IMG/VR virus record: IMGVR_UViG_3300042995_000016
Location: 1 to 56,456 of that record
Direction: 5' to 3' (one strand)
DNA length: 56,456 nucleotides
Origin: a virus
Lineage: Duplodnaviria > Caudoviricetes
A program made the translations under genes and the position numbers. The notes under the pieces were generated by a model that saw only the letters and a program-made list of their open reading frames with translations, searched no databases and had not been told where the DNA came from. Below are positions 53,378-56,456 of the stretch, one piece after another (the stretch's first letter is position 1; each line of letters opens with the position of its first letter).

Positions 53378-54438
53378 TCGCCGACGTCCTGGACCTCTAC
53401 GGGACAGAGCACGCGCCGAACGCCACGGACGCCGCCCGCATCGGCCACGCGATCGCGGCGCTGCTGCCCTGGTGGGGCGAGCGCACGGCCTCGACGATCA
53501 CGCTCGAGACGTGCCGGGCCTACTTCCGCCACCGGTCGGCGCAGCTCGCGAAGAAGGAGGCGGAGCAGGCCGAGCGCCGAGCGGCGCGCGCCACGGCGAA
53601 GGCGCGGCGGCTGCACCCCAAGGCCCCCGAGGCGAAGCGGGACAGGACGCGCTCGGAGCTCTCGGCGCCCTCGGACTTCGACAGGGCGGGCAGGGTCTGC
53701 CACCACAACACCGTTCGTCGCGAGCTCGGCGCGCTCCAGGCGGCGCTCGGCTACTGCCACGCCGCCGGCGTCCTGCTGAACCCGCCCGTCGTGTCGCTGC
53801 CGAGCAAGCCGGAGGCCCGTCAGGACTGGCTCGACCGCGACGAACTGGCGCGCCTGCTCCGCGCCGCCCGGCGCGAGCCGAAGGCGAGGGGGCACCTGCC
53901 CTACATCATCCTGATCAGCTACTACACGGCCCACCGCAGGGAAGCCGTCCTGGCCCTGCAGTGGCACCCGAACACCGAGGGCGGGCACGTCGACCTGAGG
54001 CGCGGCCTGATCGACTTCAACCCGATCGGCCGTCCCCGGACGCGCAAGCGGCGCCAGGCGGCCATGCCGATCCCGCCGCGGCTGCTGCCCCGGCTGCTCC
54101 ACCTGCGCCGCACGACCAGGCGGTTCGTGATCGAGGCCGAGCGCCCGGAGGTGGTCGACGGCGAGGTGCGGATGGTCCGCGGCCGCGTGCGCAGCTACAA
54201 GCGCTCGCTGGCCACCGCCGTGCGGGCGGCGGGGCTGACCGGCAAGCGGATCACGCCCCACGTCTTCAAGCACACCGGGATCACCCACCTGATGCAGGAC
54301 GGCGTCGACCCCTGGGCGGTCTCGGGGTTCACGGCGACGTCGATAGAGACCATACAGAAGGTCTACGGGCACCAGCACCCGGACTACCTGCGCGAGGCCG
54401 CGGCGGCGCCCCGCGGCAAGGGAAGGAGCCGCCGGTAG
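53131..54438 (+). CDS. int: tyrosine integrase
   Basis: YTAHRREAVL.LQW, KRR, TPHVFKHT, KVYGH; adjacent to att. Confidence 0.93.
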   Translation: MPRANPGPRLRLFGPDDRFGAKRRGGFADYVWYIVWTESGVRRERSTGAGKDDRRKAEEELARFLDARAPRVVGPRHPHEILIADVLDLYGTEHAPNATDAARIGHAIAALLPWWGERTASTITLETCRAYFRHRSAQLAKKEAEQAERRAARATAKARRLHPKAPEAKRDRTRSELSAPSDFDRAGRVCHHNTVRRELGALQAALGYCHAAGVLLNPPVVSLPSKPEARQDWLDRDELARLLRAARREPKARGHLPYIILISYYTAHRREAVLALQWHPNTEGGHVDLRRGLIDFNPIGRPRTRKRRQAAMPIPPRLLPRLLHLRRTTRRFVIEAERPEVVDGEVRMVRGRVRSYKRSLATAVRAAGLTGKRITPHVFKHTGITHLMQDGVDPWAVSGFTATSIETIQKVYGHQHPDYLREAAAAPRGKGRSRR

Positions 54439-54462
54439 GATCGAGCAGAGCAGGAGCGCCCA

Positions 54463-54846
54463 GTGAGGACGTTGGACGAGCACGTCGCGACCTTGATCAA
54501 GCAGCGGGACGTGCTGCTCATGCAGGTCGCCCACCTGAGGACGGGAAGGATAACCATCCGGGAGAACGGCCGGGACATCACGGCCGAGCGGATCGACTGG
54601 TACCAAGAAATCGTGGAGACCTTCACCCGGCTCATCGGCGACGACGGCCCCGCGCGCTTCTGCGCCTACGTCGGGGACGTGCCAGTGGGTCTCCACCCAT
54701 CGCTCGAGGAGGCGCAGCGGGACGCCCTCGCGCGCAGGGCGCGGGGCGAGCGACCGCGAGTTGAATCTCTCTCCGCCCCTGGGCCGTCGCGGACCTGGGT
54801 CCATGAGGACGACGCGCGGGGATGGGTCGAGGTCGGCCTCGCGTGA
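54463..54846 (+). CDS. hypothetical protein between int and att
   Basis: SD AGGAG, GTG start, 127 aa. Confidence 0.55.
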   Translation: MRTLDEHVATLIKQRDVLLMQVAHLRTGRITIRENGRDITAERIDWYQEIVETFTRLIGDDGPARFCAYVGDVPVGLHPSLEEAQRDALARRARGERPRVESLSAPGPSRTWVHEDDARGWVEVGLA

Positions 54847-54856
54847 CCCGCCCCAT

Positions 54857-54890
54857 ATCCCCGTAACATCCCCGTAAGGCATCCCCGGAA
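54857..54890. repeat. tandem ATCCCCG(T/G)AA x3, probable Int arm-type sites
   Basis: Copies at 54857, 54868 and 54881, about 70-100 bp from the att core. Confidence 0.65.
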
Positions 54891-54959
54891 ACCTCCTGAA
54901 GCCTTCGGGAACCCCGCACAAACCGGGCACGTCAGCGGAACGCGGCGGGAACGCGGCGG

Positions 54960-55015
54960 AGAGCACTGCTTTCGGGAGGCAGGGGCCGGAGGTTCGAATC
55001 CTCTCTCTCCGACCA
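54960..55015 (+). pseudogene. 5'-truncated tRNA-Pro(CGG), att site
   Basis: Anticodon arm CTGCT-TTCGGGA-GGCAG, T arm GGTTCGAATCC and ACCA end are present; no 5' acceptor strand or D loop upstream. Confidence 0.9.
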
Positions 55016-55048
55016 ATCCCCGCAAGGGGTCAGGAAGACTGAAGACAG

Positions 55049-55087
55049 CGCCCGGTGGTTCAGACGAACCACCGGGCGTTCTCTTTT
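55049..55087 (+). terminator. rho-independent terminator, probably native to the host tRNA
   Basis: CGCCCGGTGGTTC-AGAC-GAACCACCGGGCG followed by TTCTCTTTT. Confidence 0.85.
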
Positions 55088-55251
55088 CGCACGACGCATC
55101 CTCGCAGCCTGCACCGGCGTCCACTGGTCCGGCCGAGCGCCCGTTCCGCGCGGATCGATCGCGTGGACACGGACGCACCAAAATGCCATCGTAACTTGCC
55201 GAAAGGACTAGGCGCGATGACGCATTAAGGCGTCACGACGGGAGGCTGAGA

Positions 55252-55950
55252 ATGGATGGCACGCCGGGGCTCCCCGAGACGCGCTCGAAGGACGCGCTGA
55301 GGACTCACTTCAAGACGCTCCTCCTCATCGCGCAGGCGTCTCGGCTGGAGATGGGGATGGTCGAGGACCGGTACCCGCCGACCGAGGACGAGACGGCCGA
55401 GAGCGAGCGGCGGCGGCGCTGGGTGGACGCGGCGGTCGACCGGGCTCGGGTCAGCCAGCGCCTGCTCGCCCGCATGCCGGCCACCAACCTCGACGAGGCG
55501 GCCGTCCAGCTCGCCGTCGCGGCGCCCCTGGCGCTCAGGCTCCACGAGAGCGCGAAGGCCGCCGGGCAGCCGGTCGACGTCGACGAGGTCGAGGATCTCG
55601 TCTCGCTGCTCTGGTCGGCCGCGGCGGCGGTCGCGAGCCGCGCCGGCATCGACCTCGCGGCCTACGGCATCGCGCCGCCGGCGGAGCTCGCCCCCTGGGC
55701 CGCCACCGCCGACGGCGCCCCGGTCTTCGACACCGCGTTCCAGGCGGCCGGCGGGGACGGCTTCGACGACGCGGTGAGCGCGCTGAGCGCCGAGCCGCTG
55801 CCGGAGGAGGCGACGCCGGAGATGCTGCTGGCCGGGCACCGGGCCGCGCCCGGCGAGGTCTCGAACCTGCTGCGCGCCGAGATGCTGCAGCGGATCTGGC
55901 AGGCCATGGTTCGGTGCGCGCGGCCGCAGGCGACGGGCGACCTGCCGTGA
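55252..55950 (+). CDS. hypothetical protein, outside att
   Basis: SD GGAGG; 232 aa; GTGA-coupled to the next gene. Confidence 0.65.
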   Translation: MDGTPGLPETRSKDALRTHFKTLLLIAQASRLEMGMVEDRYPPTEDETAESERRRRWVDAAVDRARVSQRLLARMPATNLDEAAVQLAVAAPLALRLHESAKAAGQPVDVDEVEDLVSLLWSAAAAVASRAGIDLAAYGIAPPAELAPWAATADGAPVFDTAFQAAGGDGFDDAVSALSAEPLPEEATPEMLLAGHRAAPGEVSNLLRAEMLQRIWQAMVRCARPQATGDLP

Positions 55951-56456
55951 TCGGCCTGCCGTCCCTCCTGCGCCTCGGGAGGCCCCGCCCGCCCCCGGCG
56001 ATCGAGGCCCGGACGGAGATCCACCGGCAGCCGATGGCCTTCGCCTCGGACCGGCAGCAGGCGGTGCTGGAACTCTACCGGAGCGACCGGAACCTGAATC
56101 CCGACTTCGCCCAGCGCCTCAAGGCCATGGACCTGCTGCGCAGATGCGTGTTCCTCGCGTCCGAAGGCGCGGGGCCCTTGCTGTTCCGCTACATCGGCGA
56201 GCCCACCATCTCCTTCCTCGGCGCCGACTGGGCGCGCGCGCAGCTCGGCAGGCCCGACGACCAGGACCCGCACCAGTGCCTCGCGGACGGCGTCGGGCCG
56301 CAGTACCGGGAAGCGATCGAGGGCGGCGAGCCGATCCTGAACCGCGTCGAGATAACCGGCCTGTCCGCCGCACCGAAGGTCTACACGCACCTCCTGCTGG
56401 GGTGGCGCCGCCCCGACGGCCGGCGCGCCCTCCTCAGCTGCCTCGACGTGTTCTAG
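55947..56456 (+). CDS. stand-alone PAS-like protein
   Basis: LLFRYIGE......G.DW...QY.EAIEGGEP...YTHLLL pattern of single-PAS proteins. Confidence 0.55.
   Translation: MIGLPSLLRLGRPRPPPAIEARTEIHRQPMAFASDRQQAVLELYRSDRNLNPDFAQRLKAMDLLRRCVFLASEGAGPLLFRYIGEPTISFLGADWARAQLGRPDDQDPHQCLADGVGPQYREAIEGGEPILNRVEITGLSAAPKVYTHLLLGWRRPDGRRALLSCLDVF

Larger units (their letters stand above)
1..55015. mobile_element. HK97-like temperate prophage integrated at tRNA-Pro(CGG); left boundary outside the window
   Basis: Ordered lambdoid modules (lysis, tail, head, packaging, replication, cro/cI, recombination, xis/int) end at a 3' tRNA fragment. I saw no second copy of that fragment in the window. Confidence 0.95.

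Noticed and set aside
54935-55015. Intact tRNA-Pro gene
   Set aside because: The 5' acceptor strand and D loop are absent; only the 3' 56 nt or so match, so this is an att copy.
1-56456. Gene transfer agent, or CtrA-box control
   Set aside because: Integrase, repressor, replication genes and HNH/cos packaging indicate a true prophage; I saw no TTAA-N7-TTAA in the intergenic regions inspected.

Overview
Almost the whole window is one HK97-like (siphovirus-type) temperate prophage in a very GC-rich alphaproteobacterium. The host class is inferred from the GcrA- and LdtR-like genes and GAAC-N7-GAAC boxes. Its right end is a 5'-truncated tRNA-Pro(CGG) att copy at about 54960-55015, next to the integrase. 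The intact tRNA and the other att copy should lie upstream of position 1. The minus strand carries cro, CII-like, replication/DNA-modification, Q-like, HNH/cos, terminase, portal, capsid, tail and lysis genes. The plus strand carries cI and the early-left operon ending in recT-xis-int. Main observations: (1) The immunity region has a short CI with no autocleavage domain and five TGTACCA-N5-WGGTACA-type operators. It also has a LexA-boxed antisense small ORF resembling CI's own C-terminal helices, and a low-GC PAS-PAS-LuxR regulator coupled to a small protein ending in repeated AAMCAL units. Together these form a candidate two-input lysis/lysogeny switch. (2) An exact, in-frame 112-bp copy of the major capsid gene forms the tail of a separate small gene 2097 bp downstream. 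(3) A 14-iteron candidate origin is crossed by an ORF that is translationally coupled at both ends. (4) A -1 frameshift site lies in the tail chaperone gene. All protein family calls come from motif recognition by eye; no database searches were run.
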